This document shows, piece by piece, positions 1-12,700 of a stretch of 64,000 nt of DNA. The position numbers and the translations under genes are program-made. This DNA comes from Vicugna vicugna (taxonomy: Eukaryota), in NCBI GenBank assembly GCA_013265495.1, contig MU057887.1, positions 197,985 to 261,984 on the forward strand. Reading direction: 5' to 3'. Under the pieces are notes generated by a model that made no database searches, was not told the origin of the DNA, and was given only the letters and a program-made list of their open reading frames with translations. Every line of letters begins with the position of its first letter. Position 1 is the first letter of the stretch.

Positions 1-1971
1 CCCATCATTCAAGGTTTGCCCACGTGTTCTGGTTCACACTGGCCAGCCAACAGTACACCATCCGGACTCTCAATGTGGGTCAGCTGGCCCCAGGCCACCG
101 GGGCCAGACTCTGAACATAAGCTTAGCCAGAGGCTCAAGATTTGGCTCAAACATGTGGGCCTTCAACCCAGAGAAACACATTCGAGAGACCCCAGAGCTC
201 AGGACCTTTTGCTGGTGCTACCTGGCCCCAGGCCCGGTCCTCCTCCCAAAGGAGCCTCCAGGGGTCCTCCCCGCCCTCCACGCGCCTTCCTTTCTCTGGG
301 TCTGGGGTCGGGCCCCATGCAGGCTGCCTCTCCTGCTCCCCACGTGGCTTCTGGCAACAGCAGCGGCCAGCAGCCAAGCTGGTGGGCACCTTTTGGCCTG
401 AGCTGACCCACCTGGAGGCCACCGAGTCAATGGCAGGTCCAGACGTGTGTTGGGAGGATGCAAGGGCAACACATGCGATCAAAGTCCCAGAGCAGCAAGG
501 GGAGATGAAGGCTCAGGAAAGGTGCAGAGGCCGAGCTGAGTGGCTACGTGAAGATGGCTCATGCCTGCGTATTTTGTGTTTAGCTGTGCGCGTCCGTGTG
601 CGGCATGTGTGTGCACGTGTGTGTTTGCAGTGCACACGCTGGCATGGAGGGAGGGGCGGGCCTTGGACTTTCACAGCTGAGGGGGGCACATGAGAGTGAC
701 AGCTCCTAGGGACACAGCACTGACCTTGGTCAGAAGCCTCTCCCTGGAGGCCCAGTCCTGACTGTCCCTTGCCCAAACACCTTCCATAGCTCCCCATTGC
801 CAGCAAGTCACTGACAACCAAAGCTCAACTCCATGACTCAACATGGGAGGCCCCCAAAGGCCCACGTCTCCACCTCTGTGCCTGCTCCCGCCTCCCCCTC
901 CAGTGCTGCGAGGCCCGCGGTTCCAGCCTCCCACTGCCATCTGCCTGCAGTTCTCACCGGGATGCCCGTTCCCTGGGGCCTGCCTCCACCTTGGACTGCC
1001 AAGACTGTCCACCCTCAGAGGCCTGCTTCAAGCACCACCTCCTCCAGGAAGGCCTCCCTGACCCCCAAGTAGGCATGGGCCTCTGCAGGGCTCTCAGAGC
1101 TCCTGGGAATCCTTCTGACTCAGCCCAGTCACTCTGGGTTCGTCTGATTCCTCATCTGCCCCCTCCTGGAATCTGAGCCTCTTAGGGGCAGGACCTGTCA
1201 AGTTCAACCCAGGCAGGCCCTCAGCGAGTGAGGCTGCTGTGAGGACAAGAGGGCCAGGGCAGCCCCTCCCTGTCCCCGAGTTGGGGGCCTCTGCCCAGCC
1301 CTGTGGCCCCAGGACAGGCAGGAGCCGTGGTCACCTGTGCAGCCGGCAGCCCCTGGCAGCTCAGCGGCAGGTGCCCCACGGAGCTGAGCACCGGGTGGTA
1401 ACCCTCGGGCTTCTGCTCCGGGCCGGGCGCCACAGTAAAGGCTTTGTGCCGCCCAGTTCTGTCCTCACGGCCCCCAGGAGGCACCAGCATCCCCCCCCCA
1501 TTGGCAGACAGGCCGACTTGGCCAGGAAGGTTAACAGGCCAGGCGACTTGTCCGAAGTGCGGAGCCCAGTCAGGGGGCCCCGGCCCAGCGTCTGTGCCGT
1601 CTCCCAGAGGGCACCGCTTGTGACCCACACTCAGAAGTCTTCATGACACGTGACCCAGTCCAGGAACAAACTGCTCACGAAACAATGCTTATGGTGTCTC
1701 TTGGTATTTTCTCTTCTGTTCTAGTCCAGCCTGGCTTATGTCATTAAAAAGAATTCCGGTCATAACTCACTAAATCGACTCACAGCTCCTCCCGGTGTGG
1801 AAACCGCGTGTGGTGCAAATGTCTCCTCTGAAGGATGGGCAAAAGAGACGGGGGGGGGGGAACTCCCACGTGGGTCACGCCCAGCTCAGTGCCCACCTAA
1901 AACCTCAGTGCTGAGGGGCCGCGGATGGACAGACAGACAGACACCCCGGGGCCTGCCCGTGGGTGGCTTAC

Positions 1972-2064
1972 CTGAGGTAGCACTGCCGCTCCTTGCCCGG
2001 CCAACCTCTGCAAGGAGCTGACCTGAGGACCCGTGACAGGCACTGCAGTGATGGTTCCCAAAGC
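1972..2064 (-). CDS. PHF21B: PHF21B coding exon 3 (93 bp): [31 protein letters not shown]
   Basis: Minus strand reads ccctcctctgtcttccag|GCT TTG GGA ACC ATC ACT...CTA CCT CAG|gtaagc. Acceptor and donor are canonical, the exon is phase 0/0, and the peptide matches the recalled PHF21B N-terminal region. Confidence 0.96.
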
Positions 2065-4774
2065 CTGGAAGACAGAGGAGGGCAGTGCTGAGATGGGACA
2101 TGACGCTGGGGTGCACGTGACCCTGCCCAGCCTGGAAACAGTGAGCTCTGCTCTCTCTCTGAATTACAAGTTGTTCAGTCACAAAAGTAACATGTATCAT
2201 GCAGGAACTTCTGGAAACCAGAGAAAGAACAGCATCCCAGAGAACAATCACCCTTTGTCCCACGTTAGCTGCCTTGTACGTACGTTTCCTGTGTAGCTGC
2301 ACAGAGAATTCTGTAACCGGTTTTTCCATTTTTTACTTAAACACATGTAAGATTTCCCGATGTGGCTACACTCTTCATAAATCACTCCTTTATCGTCTTT
2401 CATTCAGCAGATGTCATGGTATTTCCTCAACCAATCCCCTCCTCTTAAAAAAACTTGGTTTTTTCCCCATCCTTTTTTGATTAATAACCAGTGCTTGCAG
2501 CGCACATCTCTGTGATTGATGCCGTTGCCACATCACAGAGAATTTCTGCAAGGGTCTGAAAACAGGGGTCAGTGGGTGGGAATTTCAGGAGGCAGGACTA
2601 TGTGGGGCCCCTGATACAAGTCCCCACCAGGCTACTCAGGAGGCGTGACGACCAGGGCTCACTCTGACGCAGACACAGACCTCAGCCTCCCAGTCAGGGC
2701 TCTCTCCACGCATGACCGGGCGGCCACAGCAGCAGCAGGGCGGGCACTTAGGGTGGGGAGACGGGCGGCGACACCCTCCCCGGGGCCCCAGGCCCACACA
2801 GGTGCAGAGGCTGTGTTTCGGGGTGCCTGTCTACCTCAGGTCCCCTTTCTGGGAATCACCACAGTTCCACGCAGCTGCCGTGGTACCCACAGGCCTGCCT
2901 GATGGAGAGAGGCGCTCTCACTCGGAGCCAGCCAAGCCACCAGTGGCCAGCGACCAGGGAGGTTCTCTCTTGAACTTAGAAGCCGAAATTCTTAACAAAG
3001 TGTTAGCAAATCAACCCCAACAATAATAAAAAATGAGTAACACGTGCTGAACACACCGAACGCGCCCCGGGAACGCGAGGCTGCCCCACCGCGGGGAAGT
3101 CAGTCGGCAGAAAAATGGTACGGTTCTCTCAACAGCTGCAGAGAGAGCACTGAGCAAAATTCAACGCATGAAAAAAATTTCAGCAAACTGGAATGAAAGA
3201 TAACCTCCTTAACCTGATAAAGGGCATCTATAAAATGTGAGCCGCTACCCTCAGACTTAATGATGAGAGAGAACGCTTCTGCGCTGAGGTCAGGACTGAG
3301 GCAAGGTGTCCTCTCTCTCCACTCCTTGCCGCCCCTGGACTAGAAGTCCTAGCCGCTGCAATAAGCCAAGAAAAAGAAAGAAAAGGCCTTCAGATTAGGA
3401 AGAAATAAAACTGCCTCTGCAGATGGCAGTAGCATCTATGTAGAAACTCGTATGGACTCTACCAAAAAAAAAAGCTGTTAGAACTAATAAATGAGTTTAG
3501 TGAGGTTGCAGGATACAAGATCAACATAGAAAAAGCAACTGAATTTCTACATACTAGCACCAACATTTAGAAATTAAAAAATGTTTACTAGCCATTTGCA
3601 GTAGAATCAAGAAATAAGGAATTTCTTATTGAAATTTTAATGAGAGAAATTTTTAAAAGACCTACCTAAAGAGAGAGACACATCATAACCATGGATCAGA
3701 GGCTCAGTATCGTTAAGATGTCAGTTCTCCCCAAACTGATCTGTGGCTTCAATGCAACCTCCATTAAAATCTATCCCCCCCAAAAAAGGTAGAAATTGGC
3801 AAGATCCTTTCCAAATGCACGTGGAAATGCAAAGGACCCACAACAGCCAAAACAACTTGAAACAAACAAAAACAACATCAAACAAAATAAAGGACTTACA
3901 CTTCCTGACTTCAAGACCTGGTATAAAGCTATTATAATCAAGACTGTGGTATAGGTATTAAGTTACACAAATAGATCAACGAAACTGCGTAGAGTCCAGA
4001 AACAGACTCACACATATGGTCAACTGATTTTCAGCAAAGACTGCAAAGTCCACTAATTAAGTGGAAAAAGGACAATTGTTTCACAAATGGAGTTGGAACA
4101 AGTGGATACCCATAAAAACAAACGAAAACATAACTTCAATCCATACCATGCACATATTGAAAAAAAACAACAGGTGGATCAGAGACCTAAATGTAAAGTC
4201 TAAAACTATAAAACTTCCAGAAGAAAACATAGGAGAAAATCTTTGGGGCTGTGGGTTAGGCAAGAGTCTTAGATACCACACCAAAAGCGTCATCCATCTA
4301 AGAACAAATTAATAAGCTGAACTTCAAAAAAATTAAAAACTATTGAAGCTGGAAAGACAGTGTTAGGGGAATGAAAGAATGAGCCACAGACTGGGGGAAA
4401 AAACATGAGCAAATCACCTCTCTGACAGAAGCTTGTATCCAGAACATATAGAAGAACTCTCAAAACTCAATAACTAGAAAACTAACAACCCAATTTAAAA
4501 ATAGTTTGAACAGATAATTCACTAACGAAGATATGCTGATGGCAAATAAGCAAATGAAAAGATACTAAACACCATTTGTGATTAGGGAAATATGAACTAA
4601 ACCACATTAAAAGACCACTACGCACCCATTCAGATGGCTACAATGAAAAGGCAGACAAGTCCAGAGCTGGTAAGGATGTGGAGCAGGGCCCCCATCACTC
4701 TTGGGAACATAAAGTGGTGTGGTCACACTGGAACTCAGTTCAGCAGTTTTGTAAAAAGTTACACATGCTTGTAC

Positions 4775-5453
4775 TGCTGTGTACTGGGTGTCATTGTCCT
4801 CCCAGAATTATGAGGAAACTAACCCCCAGGGTGACGATATTTGGAGATGAGGCTTTGGGGTGACCAGGCCGTACGGGTGGGGCCGTCATGATGGGTCAGC
4901 GCCCTTATAAGGAGAGACTTGAGAGGGCTTGCTTCCCCCGCCTCCTGCCAGGTGAAGACACAGCAAGAAGGAGTCTGCCATGATCTGAGTGTGTCCCCCT
5001 AAAAGTCACCTGATAGAGTTACAAGGCCGGGCCTTTGTGGGGTGCTTAAGCTCTTAGGGTGGAATCCTGATGAAATGAATGGGATTAGTGCCCAAAAAGA
5101 GGCTCCAGAGAGTCCTAGCCCTTCCCCCAGGAAAGAATACAATGAAAAGTCTGCAGCCAGAAAGAGAGCCCTCACCTGACAGTGCTGGCACCCTGATCTC
5201 CGAAGCCCGGCCTCTAGAACGGTGAGCAATGAACCGCCGATTACAGTGAGCTACTGAGTCTCCTGTGTTTTGTTACAGCAGCTAGAACAGACCGAGAAAG
5301 CATCCATCTGCAAACCAGGAAGAGGGTTCGCACCACAAACAAAACTAGCCAACACCTTCATCTTGGGCTTCTCCAGAACGGTGAGACAGAAATGTTTATT
5401 GTTAAAGCCACCAAGTAGATCATATTTTTGTCACAGCAGTCCTGACTAAAACA
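4775..5453 (+). mobile_element. MaLR LTR (MLT1A-like), split into 4775-4975 and ~5300-5453 by a second LTR
   Basis: Typical MaLR text: tgctgtgtactg...gatatttggagatgaggctttggg...cttataagg...gacacagcaagaagg / ccatctgcaaaccaggaagaggg...ttaaagccacc...gactaaaaca. Confidence 0.75.
4976..5299 (+). mobile_element. Second MaLR LTR (MLT1A/MST-like) nested inside the first
   Basis: Starts tgccatgatctgagtgtgtcccc, contains atgggattagtgccc and gccctcacctgacagtgctggcaccctgatc, and ends ttttgttacagcagctagaacagaccgaga. Confidence 0.72.
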
Positions 5454-6295
5454 CTCTACTTCTAGGCATTACCCATGAGAAATGACAGCACATTTCCAGA
5501 CAGAGGCTTGTTCGTGAACATTCACAGCAGCTCTCCTGTGATAACCCAAACTGGAAACAGCCCAAACATACATCAGTGGCTCTGCAGATGAACAAACTGT
5601 GGTATATCCATCCGATGGAATATTACTCGGCCATGAAAAAGGAAACAAGCAATTGATACATGTAACATAGATGAATCTCAACATAATTTTGCTGAGTGGA
5701 AGGACCCAGACAAGAAAGGAGGATGTTTTATTGTATGAGGCCATTCATATGAAATTCCAGAAAATGCAAATTAATCTAAAGGGACAGAAAACAGATCAGG
5801 GGGTATATGGAGGTGGGGAGAGGAGGAGGAAGGTGTTTCAAAGGAGAAACTTCTGAGGGTGAAGGGTGCGTTTACTATCTTGATTCTGGTGATGGTTTCA
5901 CAGGTGTGCATCTGTCAAACATATAGCACACTCTAAATATGTATATTGTATATGTTACTCCAACAAAGCTGCTAAAAATAAACTCCTTTCCTCTTTCCCC
6001 CCTTATTGCTCTCTGCCCCTGGAATGAGTGTCATCCTTCCCCAGATAACACAGCAGAGGGTCTCAGGCCCCACAAGTTCCAGAGCTGCTTGTCCCAATAA
6101 TGATAAGATGGTTCCTCCCTCCTCTGGAACGTGCCACTTGGCCCAAGTGGGCAAAACTCTGAGGTTCACATCCTTCCAGCCAGCTGCCTGCCTCTGCATG
6201 GAGCCAAAATTATCCATATTTACCTATAAATTCACTGTGGACATGTGGTGGAATGGAGCTTTACATGCAAGACAGAGGGCATTAAAAACAGGTGC

Positions 6296-6795
6296 GGGAT
6301 AAAGAAGTTGTATATTTACAATGGAATACTACTCAGCCATAAAAAAGAATAAAATAATGCCATCTGCAGCAACATGGATGGACCTGGAGATAGTTATTCT
6401 AAGTGAAGTAAGCCAGAAAAAGAAAGAAAAATATCATACAATATCACATGTAAGTGGAATTTAAAAAAAAAGACACAAATGAACTTATTTACAAAGCAGA
6501 AACAGACTCACAGACCTAGAAAACAAACTTATAGTTACCAGGGGGAGAAAGGGAGTGTGAAGGGATAAACTGGGAGTTCAAGATTTACAGATACTAACTA
6601 CTATATATAAAATAAACAAGTTTATATTGTAAAGCACAGGGAACTATATTCAATATCCTATAGTGACCTATGATGGAAAAGAATATGAAAAGGAATACAT
6701 GTATACGTATATATATATATGACTGAAACACCATGCTGTACAACAGAAACTGACACATTGTAAACTGACTATACTTCAATTAAAAAAAAAAAAAA
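6296..6795 (+). mobile_element. Young 5'-truncated lineage-specific L1 3' end with poly(A) and TSD
   Basis: caatggaatactactcagccataaaaaagaataaaataatgcc...gactatacttcaatt followed by an A-tract. Flanked by aaaaacaggtgc (6284-6295) and aaaaacagacgc (6791-6802). Confidence 0.9.
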
Positions 6796-9700
6796 CAGAC
6801 GCAGTCACTTTATGAGAAAGCGTCTCCATCCACTGTGCCATTTCCTGTCCGCCTCCAGCACTGCCCTGTGCCCACATTCTCAAAGATCCTGCCCCGGCTT
6901 CCGTAAAGGAAGGGAAGGCTGTGCCCTCCCCCTTGCCAGACCTGCTGTCACATCAGCGTCACCCGCGCAGCCTGTCTGCGGTCAGATCCCTGGGCCCGGC
7001 CTAGACTTGCGCAGGTGGGAGGCAGGCTTGGGGGAAGCACTATTTGATTAACGAGCTTCCAGGTGATTCTGCCAACGTGGGGGCCATGGGCCAAAAAGAA
7101 GCTGGGCTGTCCCTCCAGCAGGTTCGGCAATGAAAGGCCCGCAGGTGTGCCATCACTCCATCAGTGGGTGGAGCCACGTGGACCCCTAGGAGCAGGGATT
7201 CACGCGTGGGTGATGGGCCCCAGAACCACTAAGACAAATCCAGGTCCAGCACCTACAGGAGCCAGAGAGCAGGCACGAAGCTGCTTTCCCTGGGGACTCC
7301 CTGCCAGTGAAGATCTCCAAACAAGCACTTTGGATGAGGGGCGTGTGTGCCTCCGCTTTCCTGGCTTGTGTGCACCTTCGAGTCTGCGAGGAGGCGTGAG
7401 GGCAGCTGTGTGTCCGTGTCTGGGCGCATTACTGCACCAGCCGTTTGGTTCTCTGGCATCCACCTTGGGGCATGTGCCCTGTTGTGTTTCCATATGGATT
7501 CTTTTCTGGGTACCTCTTCTGCTCTGTGTCCATGGGTCTCGCAGGCACCAGTGTCTGTGGTTCTAAGCCTTCCTTCCAGACTGGCACTCAGCACTCTCTC
7601 CCGTCTTAGGACATCGGCGACTTCTGTCCATGGGCCTTAGAAATTCACAGCCAGGGAAGGGGAGGGGGGACCACAAGAGGGAGGGATGGGCCGAGGCTGC
7701 TGGAGAGGCAGAGCCCTCGAGGGTGGGGTGGGTCGGGGGAAAGACAGGGGGAGCTTCAGTTTGACTGCATTCTCAAATACTCAGTTACTAAGAAAAAGAC
7801 ACTAGGGGAAAACGCTGAACACCTGTGGGATGTTCACAGACCAAAGCATTCACCTCCCGACTCCCGCCCAATGGCCGCATTCACATCGCTGCCTGGGCCT
7901 CGAGGTGCCCGGCAGCTCTTTAAGGAGCATCTCCAGTGTGCGGGGTGCCCTCTGTGCCCGGGCAGCAGGAGGAGCGCAGACGACCCGACAACTCCCCGGG
8001 TCACAGCCCGAAGTCCCAGGCTTCTGGGGGGGAGCTTGCTACAAGCAGGCTGCTGAGCGGACCCTCGGCCGCACCGCTTCTGGGAGCGGTGGGCTTCCCC
8101 CCAGGTCACCACGGCCCCGTCCACGGCCGTCCACCTCCCGTCTGTGCTCCAGGGCTTCCAGGCGCCCTCCAGTCGCCATCTATTTGCTTCTCTTGCTCGA
8201 AGGCCGACCCCAGAGCGCGTTCTTCCACGTCCCTATAAACCTTTAATTAACAAGCTGAAGAGACATTTCATCTGGCAGGGGCTGACCTTTCTGCTCCGAG
8301 GCGGAATTTATCGGTAGCGGCAGAAACAATCATCTCAGAGACTATTTCACAAGCACCGGAGAGTTTATAGCCGCACTTTTGTCAAGATAAATGAGCTCCT
8401 TATGACTACGCTTACAGCTCTAAGCATTTTAATAGGGAGAAAAAAGGGCCATAAAAGTCAAAGATAACTTCGCATTTTTCCTGCATCGGTGGAGTCCCGG
8501 GGGCAGCCTGCGACGCCGGGGAGAAGCTCAGTCACGGCCGAGGCAGGTGGGAGGCACCGAGGAGACAGGCGGCGTGCCGACTATACTCGCGGTGGGGAGC
8601 TGGGCTCACAAGCTGGCTCTGACACCCGCTGTGTGTGCCCCTTAGCTCCCCGCACCCCATCTCGTCTTCCACGACACGGGGAGTTCCTGCTGCACCAGGC
8701 AGAAGAGGGTCAAAGAGATGGGTGCCAAGGAGTCAGCACTGCGCCCGGTGTGCGTCCCGCTCCGTGAGCGCTGGGTAGGGGGAGCGGGCAGCCCCGGCCG
8801 TGCCCGGAACTGGGGAGGGACAGGAGGGTGCTAAGGGTGTGCCCGGGAGGAAGGTACACCCTGGGGCCCTGGCGGAATGCACGGGGCTGGACCGGCGGCA
8901 CAGCCTCGGGCCTGCTAAGCTGACTCCAAGGGCTCCGACAGCAGGGGGACTGGCAGGCACCACAGGCAGCACCAGAACCGGAGGCCAAGCAGAGACAAGA
9001 ACCACACGACCAGCTCACGGTGGTCGAGTCTCCCACGCGCCACGGCCCCGGACACGCGCGGGTCAGGGAGCTCAGTCCTCCAGACTCTCTGTCCTCCCTG
9101 CAGGAGTGGAGGCGGTGGGGGGTCACAGTGCATCCCCCCACCCACCCACGCGGCCTCTCAGCCCCTCCCCCAGGCCGCCGCTGTGGGACACTCAGGAGGG
9201 CTGGGTTTCTTCTCGCCTGCATACCAGTGTTGGTATCGACACAGATCTGCAGGTAAAACTGTAGAAAAACACACAGGGAAGCCCACCCACAGCACGCCCT
9301 GCCCCCACCACGTGAGCACACACCTGAAATGCCAGGACATCCCCCGCGGAGCCGTGTCACCGGGACCTGCCGCACACGGCTGCACCAACCTCCCACTGCC
9401 CCCAAACACGAGGCCACCGCCTGGTTTCCCCAGGGGAGGAGATGGGGACTCTCATGCCCCCGTGCCTTTCGTATGAGGTCACCCAAGCTGCTGTGTCCCC
9501 CCCAGGCCATCCGCACACCACCAGGTTCCAGTTACAGCCTCCAATCCCCAGCCAGTCCTTCCAGACTAGGGGGAGCCTGTTGCTCCGACGTACTGCACAC
9601 CCCGACATCACAGAGCCGTCCAGCAGTCCTCGTTGGAGGATGCCATGTGTTTCCAATCCAGACCTCATTGAATAAGGGGGACAAGGCTCTTGAGAGGTTC

Positions 9701-12700
9701 GACCCCCATCCCAGGGCAGCCAGGGGGCTGGTCTTTGTCCGCTGAAGCCCTGAGGCTGGGAGGGGCACCCCCAGGTCCCCCTGCAGACCCAGCCTTTGCC
9801 CTTTGCCGAGGAGTGGGCGGGTCCTCCGTACCCTCAGCACCCATCACAGGATATGGTTCATGGTTCCTGGTTCCTTCCAGGGAAAACCCTCACTGAATAG
9901 TGGAAAAAGCAGCCCCCCAACCCCCTGAGAGGCTTCTGAAAGCACAGCCCCAAACTGGCCCAGGGGAAAGGTCTGCGCCCTGAGCGGCCGGGGGACACGG
10001 CGCCTGGACTGGAGCAGCCTGTTGCTGAGTTGAAACAACACGGTTTCGCACCACGCCTGGCCTGGGAGGCCCTTGGCCAGGCCTCTGTGTCTCTTCATCG
10101 CCCACCGGGGAAGAAAAAGCAGAAGTTGAGTTTTGCTAAAGGAAGCCATCAGGTGCTGGGTTCCCCTTGCATTTACTGGGACACTCTGCCATGTCTACCT
10201 CCCCACCGAGGGATGCCGAGGCCAGGGGCTGGATGTCACACCACAGCCACGCGGCCAGTCTATGGTAGGGCCCGATCTCACCGGAGCCTGAGCCCTTGGC
10301 CACCACGGGAACCCCAAACATCGGAGGGTTCCTGGGGCCCGTACACCCTCAGTCCCCAAACATCCTTACTGATCTGCCCCCTGGTTTCATTCCAGGTGAG
10401 TCCATCCCCAGCCCCTGCTTGGCATCACCCCCTGCTCAGCTGCCCTGCCCACAAACATCCTTGTGGTGCAAGGTGAGTCCTGGGCTGAGATTCTGAGCCA
10501 AAGGAGAGAATTCAGGACTTGGAGCTCAGGAGGCAGGAGGGCAAGCGAGCGCCTCCCAGGAGCTGGTGCCCCTGGCGTGATCAGCAGGGGAGCCGAGGCC
10601 AGGTCATGGCCTGACTCCTAAGGAGCTCAGACTACATCCCCGGAGCAGCGGTCCCCGAGGAATGCGGCTACACCACACAGAGACGAATGTTCCTCCTCAT
10701 CTGACCTGGGCAGCTGGGCCCCAGTCAGCACTGTGGACACGGAGCAGGAGTTCCTGGGAGCCTGGCTCCCCTGCAGGAGGAGGAAGTGCCCTGTATCCCA
10801 GGTGCCCTGTATTGGGGCACAAACCACTATTAACTTCGTCTGGGAGGCTGATGTCCCACAGGGGCCCAGGGCACTCACTGCCAGGTCTGCGTGCTGAGCG
10901 GGGCTTCAAGGACCGCAGTGTCCCCTTCTCCAGCCCCTCCGATGACCAGGAAAACATGTGCTGAGCTGACCAGAGCAGGGCTCCTGCTTTCTGCACCCCA
11001 CGAGGCTCCTGTCTCCGCCTGGCTGGGTGGGGAGAGTGGGGCAGCAGCCCCAGGCCTCTGAGAGCCACGCAGGACAGCCCAGGAGGAGCCCGCTTCCAGG
11101 CCGCGGGCCGGCCGAGCGGCGGCACAGCTTCTCGAGCTGCAGTCCTCCCCGCCTCCCTGCACCCCTGTGACGTGGGGCAGAGGTAAGCATGCGGCTCCAA
11201 TATCCGTAAGTGCCAATAAATGTTAACATCACACAAGCACCACTCTTACCGTCGTGTGAAACCGGTTTATTATTCACAGATGAAACCTGACCGCCGCCTT
11301 TATTGCTGCGGAGGAGACGGGGTAGTTCCGTGTGCTCCTGGCGGGCTCTGCCAGCCCCAGCTCGGGGCCCCCGCGCCTGCTCCCTGCCTCCACTAGCCCT
11401 GAGCTTGTCCACGGGGGGCTGTCAGGGGCCTTTGGGGTTCATGTGAAAACCCAGGGAAAGGCACAACTCCCTTCGCTGCCCCGTGTCTTGGAAGTCCCCC
11501 TCCTCCTGGCCCAGGTCGTATCTACAGCTGAGACCCAGCACACACCCGGAGCACGTGTTACCGGTGGGGGCCAACCAACCCGCACTCGAATTTCATCCCG
11601 TCCTCACCTCCGGAGCAGGGGATCAAGAACCACCTTCTCTGTTCCCAGGACCAGAGGGGCGGGCAGGAGGCACCCGGCCCAGAGCCACGGGTGTGATTCA
11701 TTCAGTGGGTCCTCAGTTCACAGATGCCTGTTAGGGACCCCGGGTGGTGACAAGGGAGGCGGAGGGAAGGACTCGAGGGGGATGGCAATGGCAGGAGGGC
11801 AACGAGGTCTCCTGATGAAGGAGGGACAAGCATGCCCAGGCCTGTGGGTCCCCCTCTGGGCACTCCTGAGGCCACCCGTGCCCATGTGCGCAGGGACCAC
11901 ACGGGAGCAGGTTCCCAACAGTGTCTGCGACGGGGAAGACTGGGAACAGCTCGGCTGTCCCCTGGGACAGATCAACTGGAATGTTCTCATGATGGAAAAG
12001 AGGCGTCGGGGAGTCCACGCAGGCTCTTGGCTGGAGGGGCAGGGGGTCCGAGTGGCTCACAGCGCTGCGCAGACCTGTTTAGATCTCCCCTCCCAGGACC
12101 AGCCGTGGTCGTCAGGCTCTTGTCCACAGGCACCCACACCCACTGGCCCCTGCCCTGGGCATCCTGCCCTCTCCCCAGGTCTGGGGCGTGCTCCCCAGTG
12201 CTCAGCAGCTCCTGGGAGAGGGGAGCTACACCCCGGGGCCTCTCAGGAGACCTCAACACCGAGTCTTGAAAACAAGCACCCTCCTCCAAAACCCGCTTCT
12301 TCAAGCCCCTCACGGGGAGTCATTTTCTGAAGCTCCGATTCTAGGGACGCTGCCTACTCCCCGCCCCAAAGCAAACCTGTTTACTGAGCACCTGGGGCGG
12401 GTGGGGGCACAGCTGCCAGCACAGGGGGCTCCAGCCAGGCTGGGTCCTGGTGACCCTGGCCGAGCAGGGCTGGTTGAGGCAGGCTGCCCGGGGCCACTTA
12501 ACCAATGCAGTGGTCTTTACGGAGGAGGCCATTCTTAATCAGAAAGCCCCAGAAAACACAAGTGGCTACTCTGTGCTGACATTTAAAACACCCTTTTGGC
12601 AACACCCAGTGTGGCAAAGTGGTTTAATTAACTTGAAAGAGTGTAATTTTACGCTATTTAGTAGGAAATACACATTCCAAATGGCATCGTGGACTAAGAA

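Larger units (their letters stand above)
2950..5978 (+). mobile_element. Decayed LINE-1 (L1M-type), ORF2 RT/C-terminal part plus 3' UTR, interrupted by nested MaLR LTRs at 4775-5453
   Basis: Translations SLLNLEAEILNKVLANQPQQ (~[21 protein letters not shown]) and RWIRDLNVKSKTIKLPEENIGENL match L1 ORF2, with many stops and frameshifts. The L1 3' UTR resumes after 5453 and ends in aaagctgctaaaaataaa. Confidence 0.92.

Noticed and set aside
1221..1628. Possible extra PHF21B exon (contains PVNL, like PHF21A, and a CAG|gtgacc donor)
   Set aside because: There is no good acceptor and the donor is weak. It also lies downstream of exon 3, whereas the similar PHF21A segment would map upstream.
3743..4312. 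L1 ORF2-like ORFs as an active element
   Set aside because: They are fragmented by stops and frameshifts, 5'-truncated and interrupted by LTRs.
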